Positions 9,330-19,032 are shown, numbered from the stretch's first letter. The stretch is DNA of 64,000 bases from a virus (IMGVR_UViG_3300032070_000730), one strand, 5' to 3'. Notes: generated by a model from the sequence alone, not told the origin. Translations and numbers: made by a program.

Positions 9330-9906
9330 GAACTTTCGATACTTTTCTTGCGTCTGCTGTCAACCATAAGATTTCATTACCAAAAACACTTTTCTTTTCT
9401 TTTTCAAGTATCTCTTTCCAGTTGCTTACAGACGGTTGCTTTATCGCTTCCAATACCCAATACCAATGATGGCAGATAACTTCCCCGTTTTCTACAAAAA
9501 ATCTTATTTCTGGATTGACTGGCATCTCTCCGTAGAATGCTGTAAACAGATTCTTCATGGGTATATATTCTCTAAAAACCAGAGCCTCAAATGGAAGACC
9601 GACCACTCCTTCGCATTGATTGAAAGATATTACTTCAGAAATATGCGATTTTAAATCCTCTTCTTTTTCGACAAAACAACTCATTTTCCAGAAAAACTTT
9701 CCAGAAGCAAGGTCAGTCCTCAAAAAAAGCGGATAACCGATTTTCCTTGCGACTTCTTTAACTGCGTCCATGTCAAGGTTCTCCATGTTTTCTTCGCACA
9801 GATTCTCAAGGACGTTCTTCGGTATCTCATATATTTCCGTCTTTGGTTGTGGGATGTCAAGATTTTTTATTTTCGGATACCATAACATCATGGAGTCTTC
9901 AATCAT
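9190..9906 (-). CDS. ATP-grasp fold protein
   Basis: GYPLFLRTDLASG and WSVDF...WVLLDCARGELSWHP resemble ATP-grasp central and C-terminal motifs. Confidence 0.4.
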   Translation of the reverse strand: MIEDSMMLWYPKIKNLDIPQPKTEIYEIPKNVLENLCEENMENLDMDAVKEVARKIGYPLFLRTDLASGKFFWKMSCFVEKEEDLKSHISEVISFNQCEGVVGLPFEALVFREYIPMKNLFTAFYGEMPVNPEIRFFVENGEVICHHWYWVLEAIKQPSVSNWKEILEKEKKSVFGNEILWLTADARKVSKVLDGYWSVDFCKAKNDKWVLLDCARGELSWHPNDCKFKKKVEKNGFI

Positions 9907-10247
9907 AAAAACGACCTTCTAAATTTAGTAAAAGAATTAAAGAAATAATGAATGATGATTACTATCATAACGTATAAAATAACTGCTGGAACTTTCACAG
10001 GTTGAACCATACTTTTTACAAAATTATCCCAATTTTCCTGCCTTTGTTTTTCATCGTCAAGTTGTTTTTTCTTATATTGTTCATCAATTTGTTGGCGTTC
10101 TTTTGGTGTCAATCCGATGTATCTTAAAGCGTCTATGTAATTGTTGATTGTAGCGATTGTAATAATGCCGAATAAAAACAGGAGAACAGCAATGACATAT
10201 TTAAATGAATTGTCCTTCTCTTTATTTTCTTGTTGGGTTTGAGGCAT
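9903..10247 (-). CDS. membrane protein
   Basis: Two TM helices. Confidence 0.3.
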   Translation of the reverse strand: MPQTQQENKEKDNSFKYVIAVLLFLFGIITIATINNYIDALRYIGLTPKERQQIDEQYKKKQLDDEKQRQENWDNFVKSMVQPVKVPAVILYVMIVIIIHYFFNSFTKFRRSFL

Positions 10248-10256
10248 TTACATTAC

Positions 10257-10586
10257 CTATAATTCTTCTTTAACAAACCTATAACTACATTCTTTTGGCA
10301 ATTTATCTGCATCATCGACTTGTGGGAACTGCATGCAAAAAAGTGGCTGTCCTTTGCCATGAATCCTGCATAGTTTTGTTTGCGGGTCAAAGGCAGAACA
10401 AACCAAAGGAAACCTTAAAATCGTCTTCCCGTTTTTAACATCGACTTTGACATTATGAAGCCTGTAATATTTTAAATGGTCTCTACTAATGACTTTTTCC
10501 ATTGTCAGAGTGAACCACTGACAACACAAACCACAATGATTGCATTCTCCAGTTCTTTTCAAGGATTTCATAGTTTTACCTCGCAT
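10257..10586 (-). CDS. YkgJ-family (CxxCxxCC) putative Zn/Fe-chelating protein
   Basis: ECNHCGLCCQWF matches the CxxCxxCC signature. Confidence 0.45.
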   Translation of the reverse strand: MRGKTMKSLKRTGECNHCGLCCQWFTLTMEKVISRDHLKYYRLHNVKVDVKNGKTILRFPLVCSAFDPQTKLCRIHGKGQPLFCMQFPQVDDADKLPKECSYRFVKEEL

Positions 10587-10861
10587 TTATGTTTAGCATT
10601 CTCAATTGCACCTTCAAGTTTGTCTGTGATTCCTTTATCGAGTTGTCTGACACCAAAAATCTTTAGAAGTTTATTAGCCATTTTAATTTTTCCCTTCAGA
10701 ATTTTCAACGAAGCAATATCATTTTGTTCTTGCATAAAATCAAACAGAACGGATTCGGTTATACAAATCATTATCAATGACATTTCTTTTGAAGATAATT
10801 TTACCTTCCAATATCTCATAGGAATCCTTTTTCCGTCTATCATTTCATACGCTTTGCTCAT
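10568..10861 (-). CDS. hypothetical protein
   Basis: 97-aa ORF; start context identical to that of gene 12570..12866. Confidence 0.3.
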   Translation of the reverse strand: MSKAYEMIDGKRIPMRYWKVKLSSKEMSLIMICITESVLFDFMQEQNDIASLKILKGKIKMANKLLKIFGVRQLDKGITDKLEGAIENAKHKCEVKL

Positions 10862-11003
10862 AGAATTCCTTTAAATGTTAAACATTTAAAAGTTATTTTT
10901 CAACTTAATGGTCAAGGAGTCTCCTTCCGAAAGGTGGGAGAGGAATTGACCTATAATTATTTGTATAGAAAAGTATTTATATAAGTATAACCTATAAACA
11001 AAT

Positions 11004-11300
11004 ATGATAAAATGTATGTGTTGTGAAAAAGAAGCAGAAAAAAAACTAAAAATTGGAAATAAAAACCTTTATTTTTGTGATGATTGTGCTTCTACACTTT
11101 TAGTAGATATATCAAAACAATTTGAACAAAAAGGTATGGCAACTATTATAAAGTTTGAAGGAACTGATAGAGGAGTAATAATAGGTAAAAATACTTGTAA
11201 TAGGTGTAATCATACTTGGACACAGAGAACTCTTGAAATTCCAATAATCTGTCCTAAATGTAAATCACCTTATTGGAATAAAGAAAAAAAATATAAATAA
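11004..11300 (+). CDS. zinc-ribbon protein (not a Y1 transposase)
   Basis: 98 aa; CxxC pairs at both ends; no HuH motif. Confidence 0.4.
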   Translation: MIKCMCCEKEAEKKLKIGNKNLYFCDDCASTLLVDISKQFEQKGMATIIKFEGTDRGVIIGKNTCNRCNHTWTQRTLEIPIICPKCKSPYWNKEKKYK

Positions 11301-11310
11301 AGTGTAAATT

Positions 11311-12534
11311 ATGAGAAAAGTCATAAAATTACAAAGTTTAGAATTGACAAACAAAAAGAAGGAAGAATTAGAATCAGCAAGAATTGAAGCCAAAAGAATC
11401 ATTGAAAAATATATTTTGCAGATTCTTGATAAATGTGAAAATAATTCAGAATTGCAACAAAAAATATATCATAAGATAAGGAAAGATTCTTTTCTTCCAA
11501 GCCAAGTCTTGTTGAATTTAATTAGGTCTTCATTCCACTTAAAACAAAAACCAAAAGATAAAAGGACAATAGAAAGGATAACACTCGATTACAACATCCC
11601 AAGAGCATCCAAACTTTTCACTTTACCTAATGGAACTTTATGTTTTGCAATTACTATAAAACCAAGACATAGGATAGTTGTTCCAATAGAAATGAATGGG
11701 TCTATTGAAAGATTTAGAAAACACATCAAAAATGGTTGGATTCTAAAACAAGTTTCACTTACAAATGATAATCAAGTTCTATTGAATCTCGAAAAGAAAA
11801 AAGACCCAAAAAATTATAAAAACCATTTGGGAATAGATGTGAACTCAAATAACATATCATTGACAATCCTCGCACCAAAAGGAAAAATACTAAAACAATT
11901 ATATCTTGGTAAAAACCTCTACAAAAAGAAAGCAAAAATATTAAAGAGGTGGTCAAAATTACAGAGTTATGCAGACAAAGGAGACCCAAAGGCAAGAGAA
12001 AAGTTGAGAAAATTAAATCATAAAGTTAGTAACATGACTAAAAATGCAGTTGGTGAATTGTCTAAAGAAATACACAATATCGCAGAAGAATATGAATCGA
12101 TGATTGTCATGGAGAGATTGACAAAATTCCCTACCAACAAAGGCAAGAAGGCAAATAGAAAAATCAGTCTAATACCTTTTATGTTATTGCGACAGAGGGT
12201 CATAGTTAGAAGTGTTGATACAGGAGTTCCTCTTGGTTATGTTCATCCTTATCATACGAGTAAATGGTGTCCGAGATGTGGTTCGGTGAACCCACCTCAT
12301 GATAAAAAGAATTATGCCATTTACCGATGTAGTGAATGTGGATTGGAATGCAATAGCGATAGAAAAGCAAGTCTCACTATTGCTCTTAAAAAGTTTGTAG
12401 GGCGAGACCAGAAATGGTTTCAGTATCCTACAAAAAGAGTGTCAGTAAATGCTCTCTTTTGGGGAAATGATGATAAATATAGTAAAGGAACAGAAAATCC
12501 TATATATTTATCAGACCCAAAGGTTGTTCTGTGA
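11311..12534 (+). CDS. tnpB: TnpB (OrfB) RuvC-like RNA-guided endonuclease
   Basis: 407 aa; RuvC-I GIDVNSNN, RuvC-II VMERLT, zinc finger CPRCG...CSECG, RuvC-III ECNSDRKASLTIALK. Confidence 0.75.
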   Translation: MRKVIKLQSLELTNKKKEELESARIEAKRIIEKYILQILDKCENNSELQQKIYHKIRKDSFLPSQVLLNLIRSSFHLKQKPKDKRTIERITLDYNIPRASKLFTLPNGTLCFAITIKPRHRIVVPIEMNGSIERFRKHIKNGWILKQVSLTNDNQVLLNLEKKKDPKNYKNHLGIDVNSNNISLTILAPKGKILKQLYLGKNLYKKKAKILKRWSKLQSYADKGDPKAREKLRKLNHKVSNMTKNAVGELSKEIHNIAEEYESMIVMERLTKFPTNKGKKANRKISLIPFMLLRQRVIVRSVDTGVPLGYVHPYHTSKWCPRCGSVNPPHDKKNYAIYRCSECGLECNSDRKASLTIALKKFVGRDQKWFQYPTKRVSVNALFWGNDDKYSKGTENPIYLSDPKVVL

Positions 12535-12600
12535 ACAACTAAAAGCACCCTTCGAGAGATGGGTGTTGTTTACTGTCTGTTGAATAAGGAAACTATCATC
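12380..12600 (+). ncRNA. candidate TnpB reRNA/omega-RNA scaffold overlapping the tnpB 3' end
   Basis: By analogy to IS605 TnpB systems; only the terminal hairpin is seen. Not verified. Confidence 0.2.
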
Positions 12601-12866
12601 GACCCAAAAAATATACCAAAAACACCGAAAAGCAAAATAGAAATGATATTAAATCCCCCAAGAATTCCCTCTATTCCTGTGTTTAAAATATCAAGGGGTG
12701 TCTGTTCTTCTGTTCTTGTTGGTCTTTTTTGCGTGTTATTTGCTGGTAACTTTGATTTTATTATAAACAGGCAGACTAACACAATAATAAATATTACTAC
12801 AAGGAATTTCCATATCGAAGTTTTTTTCACTGGTGGAGATATTTTTAAATTCTTCCTTTTAATCAT
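12570..12866 (-). CDS. membrane protein
   Basis: 98 aa with two TM helices; upstream 17-mer identical to that of 10568..10861. Confidence 0.3.
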   Translation of the reverse strand: MIKRKNLKISPPVKKTSIWKFLVVIFIIVLVCLFIIKSKLPANNTQKRPTRTEEQTPLDILNTGIEGILGGFNIISILLFGVFGIFFGSMIVSLFNRQ

Positions 12867-12890
12867 AGAATTCCTTTAAACTTTAAAAAT

Positions 12891-13184
12891 TTAAAGAAAT
12901 CTCTCTGGTGGAATTGGTCTATTAACAATCATTCTACCTTCAGTAATAGATTCTATTTTTGGGTTGTCTTTGTATAATCCTATGAATCGAATATTATCTA
13001 ATGGTATTATTCTAAATCCTTCCTTTGTTTTTAAAGTAATCTTACTCCATTCTACTTCATCAAGAATCCCGACTTCATCTATAATGTCCGAATCCTCTTT
13101 ATATCCACATCCAATCGATTCTTGATAACAAAATTCCACAAAAACAAGTTGGTTTTTAAATTTATTTAAATTACCTAATTTCAT
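12891..13184 (-). CDS. hypothetical protein
   Basis: 97-aa ORF. Confidence 0.3.
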   Translation of the reverse strand: MKLGNLNKFKNQLVFVEFCYQESIGCGYKEDSDIIDEVGILDEVEWSKITLKTKEGFRIIPLDNIRFIGLYKDNPKIESITEGRMIVNRPIPPERFL

Positions 13185-13365
13185 ACAAATTCACCTTCCT
13201 TCTTTTTCCTTTGCCATTTTGGCTTTGGTTTAAGTATAACAAATAATTATGAATGAAAATATTTAAAATAGCACATTAGAGTCGTGATGAATTTAATGTA
13301 AAACAAAATCCTATTGAAAGTTTTATACAAAAATATAAATAATCGGAATTTAAATTATATTTCCT
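13185..13365. promoter_or_regulatory. AT-rich intergenic region immediately upstream of the orc1/cdc6-like gene; candidate replication origin or promoter
   Basis: Archaeal origins typically sit next to orc1/cdc6. No ORB repeats verified. Confidence 0.25.
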
Positions 13366-14475
13366 ATGGCAAACTTCTTTAACCATCAATTTTTTGCGAA
13401 CCCCTTCTATAAGACTTACGCTACCGATAGAGAGGATTTAGAAACAATGGTTCTTCTTGACAATCATAGGAAAATAAAAACTCAAGTTTTAATGAATATC
13501 AAACAACCGATACGAATCCTATTATGCGGAGAAAGGGGAATCGGCAAGAGTCTTGCCATGCTTTACATAAAAAAGGAAATCGAGGAACAGCACGACCCGA
13601 AAATAATCATATTTGAAAGCACTGGTCTTGACGCTTCTTTTTCTTCATTGCGGGTGTTCATCCAAAAATTAAATTACAAGGTCTATCAAAAGATAGACAT
13701 AGAAGAGATGGAAAAAACAATAATCCATTCTGATTCTGTTTACGAGAAAGCAAAGAAACTTGATGAATATATCGCTGATATTCGAGTGGTTTTGTTTATC
13801 GATGTTCCAGATGCAGAGAGCAGATACAAACATTTTGATACATTGGCAGAGATTTTAGATGTGCTGTTATGCACCAAACAGGTCACGATAATATTTTCAC
13901 TCAACACCGAGCAGATGAAAAAGTTCGGGAAATCTTCATCAATCCTTAACAAATTCAGCGAGATACCTTTGAGGAAACTTGACTTTGAAGAGGCAAAGTC
14001 GATGATAGAAAAAAGACTGCAAAAGTTCAGGGAGAATGGCTCTACTGGGACGCACCCCTTCACCGACGACACGATAATGTTAGTCCAAGACATGACCATC
14101 GGTCTTCCAAGAGCGATTTTAAAATCATGCGAGCGTCTTTTCATTGAATCAGACGAGACGAACAAAACAGAGATAAACAAAGAATTTGCAATGCCGATTC
14201 TTAACAAACATTACGCCGAAGATTTGATAATCATGAACGAATCAGACCTGACCCTTCGCTCCCAGTTTTTCAAGATTTGCTCTGTCCTAAAGAACAAATA
14301 TGGGGGAAAATGCGAGAAAAAAATGACGCTCATAAGAGATATTATGGGTGCAATCAATGTTTCCGAACCATGTGCGATTGACAAATTAAGAAAACTTGAA
14401 GGATGGGGCGTTCTTTCTGTTGCCCGTGATGAAGGAAACATGAAAGCAAAAACAGTTTTTTTAAGGGCGAGGTAA
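13366..14475 (+). CDS. AAA+ ATPase, Orc1/Cdc6-like (putative initiator)
   Basis: Walker A LCGERGIGKS, Walker B LFIDVPD, C-terminal wHTH-like region; adjacent to MCM. Confidence 0.5.
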   Translation: MANFFNHQFFANPFYKTYATDREDLETMVLLDNHRKIKTQVLMNIKQPIRILLCGERGIGKSLAMLYIKKEIEEQHDPKIIIFESTGLDASFSSLRVFIQKLNYKVYQKIDIEEMEKTIIHSDSVYEKAKKLDEYIADIRVVLFIDVPDAESRYKHFDTLAEILDVLLCTKQVTIIFSLNTEQMKKFGKSSSILNKFSEIPLRKLDFEEAKSMIEKRLQKFRENGSTGTHPFTDDTIMLVQDMTIGLPRAILKSCERLFIESDETNKTEINKEFAMPILNKHYAEDLIIMNESDLTLRSQFFKICSVLKNKYGGKCEKKMTLIRDIMGAINVSEPCAIDKLRKLEGWGVLSVARDEGNMKAKTVFLRAR

Positions 14476-17400
14476 ATGCCAGCAGAACTTCTTCCAGTCG
14501 ATGAGTTTGGGACTTTTCTTCGTGATTACTACAGCCTGAACAAGCCGAGACAAAATTTTTGTTGGGACATGAATGAAGAAATACAGACAGCATTTTTACG
14601 GGGAACAAAAAGAATCACTGTCGATTTCAGAGCGATGGAACAATTTGATGAGAAAAATGATACTAACCTTGTCAAGAGTATATTGTCATTGAGTGGTAAT
14701 GAATTAGAGGCATTTATAAAAAAATTAGAGGAAGAACTGAATAATATAGACAGAGTTATGATATTAAGGGAAGGAGAAGAAAAAGAAAATTTAAAAATTG
14801 GTCTAAAAAACCTTCCGATGACCTTGAGAATCAGCGACATACTTGCAGAGAAGCATCAGGGAAAATTGATACAGGTTGAAGGAATAATCCAGAATATAGG
14901 GATACCATTCAGATTCGCAAGAAAAAAAGTCTTTATATGCGACAGATGCACTTACGAATTAAGAAAAATATTTGACATCAATGAGAGAAAGATTCCAGAA
15001 AAGATGTGGTGTCCTTCATGCAGTGCTGAAAGAACTTTTACAGAAAACAAAAGTCAGGAAATCGTTCTCATCACGCAGTTGTTAACACTCGCTGAAGGTG
15101 TTGCCATGTCGAGTTCTATCCCGATTTCTTTAATGGTAGTTCTGTTCGAGGATTTGATTGATAACCCAGACCCAGACAGACGAAAGTTCATCGCTGGAGC
15201 AAAATTAAGAGTCGCAGGGATGTTAAAAGAGATGAAGACCAATTCTCCCGTAAAAAAATTATATCTTGAAGTCCTTCACTGGGATGTAGAAGCAGAAGAC
15301 ATAAAATTCGCTGATTCCGATATTGAGGAATTCAAAAAAATGTCTACAGACAGTGGGTTGATTGATAAATTAATCGCAAGTTTCTCACCCAGCGTGTATG
15401 GATACGAGGATGTAAAACTCGGTATGATACTACAGATAGTTGGCGGAATCACTAAATATTCCGTGAAAGACAAGAAAATGAATCGTGGGACTATCCATAT
15501 ACTGTTAATTGGAGAACCCTCGACCTCGAAATCGACATTATCCTTATTCAATTATAATTATGTCCCGAAGACAAAACTCGCTGTGTGCAGTGAGTTGAGT
15601 TTAGAATATAACGAACCGATTATATTTTCAGAAGATGGTTTAATAAAAATAATGAAAATAGGTGAATTTGTAGAAAACTATTCCAAAAAAAATATAAAAA
15701 TTCCATCTATAAATCCGCACACTTTTAAGAGTGAATGGAAATCTCTAAAAGGGGTTTTTAAACATAAAGATAACAGAGATTTAGTAAAAATACTTCTTGA
15801 AACTGGAAGAAATATAACAATAACACAAGACCATAGCATTTATGTTGCAGATGGGGATGGAATACATACAAAAAAAGGAAATGAAATAGAAAAAGGAGAT
15901 TTTGTAATTATACCAAAAAAAATAGTCGTGCCCCATAAAAAACATAAAAAAGAAATAAATTTGGTCGAGGAACTATTAAAATTGCCGACAGAAAAAATAA
16001 AAGACATCTATCTTCATGGGATTCCAAGAAAAATTCTTAAAAAAATTGGCAGAACATATCAAACTCATCTTGAAAGAGGTTATTTGCCTTTGCTTGAGGC
16101 AAGAAAACTACCAAAAAACATTTTAAGAAAAGCAACAATTTCAACAAAACACATTCCAACATTTATTCCAATTGATGAAAGATTAACGACACTTCTCGGT
16201 TATTATGTTGCCGAAGGATACAATCGTGAAGAAAAAAATCATTATTATAAAATAGAATTTTGTTTTGGAAACAAGGATTCAGAATTGATAAAAAAAACCC
16301 AACAAATTGTAAAGAATCTTTTTAATTTAGAATGCAGAAAACAAAGGGTCTATCAATTGTCAGTCAATGATAAAATCATTACCTATTTTTTCAAGTATAT
16401 CCTTAAAGTAAAACAATATGCAAAAAACAAAGAAATACCAGAAATTATTTTCAATTCACCACTAAAATCACAACTTGCCTTTCTTCAGGCATATATGCAG
16501 GGGGATTATGGTATTTCTGCAAGCAAAAAATTGATTTCAGACATACAATATCTCGCTCTTTTAATGGGAAAAGTCATAACTTCGTATGATACAAAAACAA
16601 AACCTGCTTTAATAAGGGGAAGAAAAATAAATTCGCAAAAAATACATTTTCATATATCACGAGTTCCTTGTCAGGATTTGTTTCAGAAAAAATTAAACGG
16701 ATTGAAAAAAATCAAAAAAATCCCAGATAAACTTTTGCCATTTATATTCGGGAAAACATTTGGATATGAGAATAGAAATATGAGGACTAATTCTAAAAGT
16801 TTGAAAAACAGGGCATTACAAAATGGATTTAATATGACCAAAAAAGAAATGAATTTCTTCAAAAAACTGGAACAATCTGATATTGGCTTTGTTAAAGTTA
16901 GAAAAACAGAAAAAATATTTCATAAAGATAAGTTTGTTTATGATATTTCTGTTGATGATAATGAAAATTTCATTGGGGGGTATGGTGGAATCCTATGTCA
17001 TAACACTGGGGCTGGGCTCGGCGTTGCTATGCTGAAAGACAAAGAAACAGAAAGTTGGTATCTATCTGCTGGAATTCTTCCTTTGAGTCACAAAGGATTG
17101 TGCATTCTTGATGAAATCGATAAAGCAAATCCAGAGGATATAAAATCTTTGGATATTGTCATGAGTTTACAGAAACTTCCTGTCTCAAAGGCAGGAATAA
17201 ACATCACACTTCCTGCTGAAGCGTCTGTCCTCGCTATAGCAAACCCCAAAGGTGCAAGATGGGACGCTTACCGAGACCTAAAAGACCAAGTAAATCTCTC
17301 CGAAGTGACGCTTTCCAGATTTGACTTGAAATTCTGCTTCAAAGACATTCCAAACGAAGAGAAAGACAAAATGATTGCAGAAAGAATCATAGATTCTGAT

Positions 17401-17958
17401 AATGTCGAGACACCTTTCACTTCCGAGTTTCTTGTAAAATATTTAATGTATGCCAAGACCATGAAACCAAAATTAACCGAAGCGACCACGAAAAAACTGA
17501 CAGATTTTTATATGGAGATGAGACAAAAAACCAAAGAGCAATCAGGAATCATGGTCATAACACCGAGACAGTTCGAGGGTATGATTAGAACATCGGAAGC
17601 ATTTGCAAAGTTAAGACTGGCTGAAGAGACAAATGAGTTGGATGCAGATAATTCTATAAAATGTTTCAAGGGGTTTTTGCGTTCATTTGGTTTTGATTAT
17701 GATACAGGTCAACTCGATATTGACAAAGCAGAAGGAAGGACATCTGGTCAGACAAGAAAAGACACGAGAGAAATGACAGAAATATTCGAAGATTTAAGGA
17801 GCATGTTCGGTGAAAGAGTCCCATTGTCAGATTTTACAGAGGCGTGCGAAAAAGAGGGAATACAAAGGGCAGGCGAAAAAATAAAACAAGCCATAAGAGA
17901 AGGATTGTTTTATCAAAAAGTCGGAGAAGAAGAAGATAAATTTATTAGAAAAGTATAA
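14476..17958 (+). CDS. mcm: MCM replicative helicase with inserted intein
   Basis: N-terminal C4 Zn finger CDRC...CPSC; Walker A GEPSTSKS; Walker B CILDEIDK; sensor-1 AIANP; Arg finger SRFDL. Length 1160 aa is explained by an intein in the P-loop region. Confidence 0.85.
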   Translation: MPAELLPVDEFGTFLRDYYSLNKPRQNFCWDMNEEIQTAFLRGTKRITVDFRAMEQFDEKNDTNLVKSILSLSGNELEAFIKKLEEELNNIDRVMILREGEEKENLKIGLKNLPMTLRISDILAEKHQGKLIQVEGIIQNIGIPFRFARKKVFICDRCTYELRKIFDINERKIPEKMWCPSCSAERTFTENKSQEIVLITQLLTLAEGVAMSSSIPISLMVVLFEDLIDNPDPDRRKFIAGAKLRVAGMLKEMKTNSPVKKLYLEVLHWDVEAEDIKFADSDIEEFKKMSTDSGLIDKLIASFSPSVYGYEDVKLGMILQIVGGITKYSVKDKKMNRGTIHILLIGEPSTSKSTLSLFNYNYVPKTKLAVCSELSLEYNEPIIFSEDGLIKIMKIGEFVENYSKKNIKIPSINPHTFKSEWKSLKGVFKHKDNRDLVKILLETGRNITITQDHSIYVADGDGIHTKKGNEIEKGDFVIIPKKIVVPHKKHKKEINLVEELLKLPTEKIKDIYLHGIPRKILKKIGRTYQTHLERGYLPLLEARKLPKNILRKATISTKHIPTFIPIDERLTTLLGYYVAEGYNREEKNHYYKIEFCFGNKDSELIKKTQQIVKNLFNLECRKQRVYQLSVNDKIITYFFKYILKVKQYAKNKEIPEIIFNSPLKSQLAFLQAYMQGDYGISASKKLISDIQYLALLMGKVITSYDTKTKPALIRGRKINSQKIHFHISRVPCQDLFQKKLNGLKKIKKIPDKLLPFIFGKTFGYENRNMRTNSKSLKNRALQNGFNMTKKEMNFFKKLEQSDIGFVKVRKTEKIFHKDKFVYDISVDDNENFIGGYGGILCHNTGAGLGVAMLKDKETESWYLSAGILPLSHKGLCILDEIDKANPEDIKSLDIVMSLQKLPVSKAGINITLPAEASVLAIANPKGARWDAYRDLKDQVNLSEVTLSRFDLKFCFKDIPNEEKDKMIAERIIDSDNVETPFTSEFLVKYLMYAKTMKPKLTEATTKKLTDFYMEMRQKTKEQSGIMVITPRQFEGMIRTSEAFAKLRLAEETNELDADNSIKCFKGFLRSFGFDYDTGQLDIDKAEGRTSGQTRKDTREMTEIFEDLRSMFGERVPLSDFTEACEKEGIQRAGEKIKQAIREGLFYQKVGEEEDKFIRKV
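15586..17004 (+). other. intein (473 aa) with LAGLIDADG homing endonuclease domain inside MCM
   Basis: Begins at the Cys after KTKLAV. LAGLIDADG blocks LLGYYVAEGY and FLQAYMQGDYGIS. Ends ILCHN followed by Thr (+1), then the extein resumes GAGLGVAM. Confidence 0.7.
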
Positions 17959-17990
17959 GTATTTATTTTTTATTTTTATATTTATTTATT

Positions 17991-18320
17991 ATGCCTGTGA
18001 ACGCAAAAATAAAATTAGATAAAATAATTAAAGAATTGGAAGAAATCAATCCTCTTGATTTAAACAAACAACATTTAGATAAGATAATAATCGAAAAAGC
18101 AGGCGTTATGAGCATACTTGGGAAGAAAGATTATATTGATGCTTTGATTGCTTTAAATGTTTTAGAAAAAAGAGGCAAATTTTTTCATTATCTCAAACAT
18201 AGAAAAGAACTGACTTTAGAAGAGAAAATAAACAAAAAAAAGGATTTTGTAAAAGATTTTGAAAACAGAATAAAAAAAATTAAGAATGAGATAGAAGAGT
18301 TAGAAAGAGAAAAGAAATAA
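17991..18320 (+). CDS. coiled-coil protein
   Basis: 109 aa, K/E-rich. Confidence 0.3.
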   Translation: MPVNAKIKLDKIIKELEEINPLDLNKQHLDKIIIEKAGVMSILGKKDYIDALIALNVLEKRGKFFHYLKHRKELTLEEKINKKKDFVKDFENRIKKIKNEIEELEREKK

Positions 18321-18460
18321 TATTATATAAGGCATTTTATAATTTATATATATTAATTTATATTTATTTAATTTAAAATTGTATAACTTAATTTTATTTT
18401 TTTAATTTGTTTTAAATTCAGGGAATATATATATAAAAATAAAAAAATTGTGAGAAGATT
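18321..18460. promoter_or_regulatory. extremely AT-rich 140-bp block (candidate DNA-unwinding element or promoter)
   Basis: TA-repeat runs; lies between the MCM module and the next gene. Confidence 0.2.
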
Positions 18461-18811
18461 ATGAAAGTCGCAGTCGTTGGTAATAGAGTCGGATGGGATT
18501 ATGATAAAGTAAAAGAAGAATTATTGAGAAGATTTGATTTAAGCAAAGTTGATGCCATCGTATCAGGTGGTGCTATTGGCGTTGATTCATTTGCACAGCA
18601 ATTCGCACAAAAATATGGTTTGAAAATGATAATTTTTTATCCAGATTTATCACAAATTTCTCCAAAATGTTTCTATGATAGAAATGAAAAAATAGCTAAA
18701 GAATGTGATGTGATGATAGTTTTTATCAAGAATAATGTTCCCTGTGGTTCTCTCAATGCTATGAATGAAGCAAAAAGATTAGGTAAAAATGTTATTTTAA
18801 TAACAAAATGA
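18461..18811 (+). CDS. SLOG/DUF2493-like Rossmann-fold protein
   Basis: VDAIVSGGAIGVDSFAQQFA matches the GGAxGxD SLOG signature. Confidence 0.45.
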   Translation: MKVAVVGNRVGWDYDKVKEELLRRFDLSKVDAIVSGGAIGVDSFAQQFAQKYGLKMIIFYPDLSQISPKCFYDRNEKIAKECDVMIVFIKNNVPCGSLNAMNEAKRLGKNVILITK

Positions 18812-19032
18812 TGATAATCATGAGTCAGGACGAAGTTTTAAGGATAATCGAGAAATCGAAGAAGCCAGTTACAGCAAAGGAGATTCATAAAAAAATGAAT
18901 GGGAAACTATCCATCGCCTCTATATTTCATTCATTACACGGTCTTCGGAGCGGTAATTTTGTTGAAACTGGCTATAGAAAATTACGGGGAAGAAATGTAA
19001 GAGAATATTCCCCATTTCTTAAAAATTTATAA
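18808..19032 (+). CDS. winged-helix protein
   Basis: 74 aa; PVTAKEIHKKMNGKLSIASIFHSLHGL. Confidence 0.35.
   Translation: MMIIMSQDEVLRIIEKSKKPVTAKEIHKKMNGKLSIASIFHSLHGLRSGNFVETGYRKLRGRNVREYSPFLKNL

Larger units (their letters stand above)
10900..12600 (+). mobile_element. IS605-family-like element (TnpB only, no Y1 TnpA); ends approximate
   Basis: GC-rich nested hairpin GGTCAAGGAGTCTCCTTCCGAAAGGTGGGAGAGGAATTGACC at 10910-10951 (candidate LE). tnpB ORF. Hairpin CACCCTTCGAGAGATGGGTG just after the tnpB stop (candidate RE/reRNA scaffold). Confidence 0.45.

Noticed and set aside
10910-10951. GC-rich hairpin as a tRNA or tRNA fragment
   Set aside because: Only a single nested hairpin with 6-bp terminal inverted repeat; no cloverleaf, T-loop or anticodon arm. 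Better explained as an IS-end structure.
11004-11300. ORF upstream of tnpB as the IS200/IS605 TnpA (Y1 transposase)
   Set aside because: No HuH (H-x-H) motif or catalytic Tyr-containing helix; it is a double CxxC zinc ribbon.
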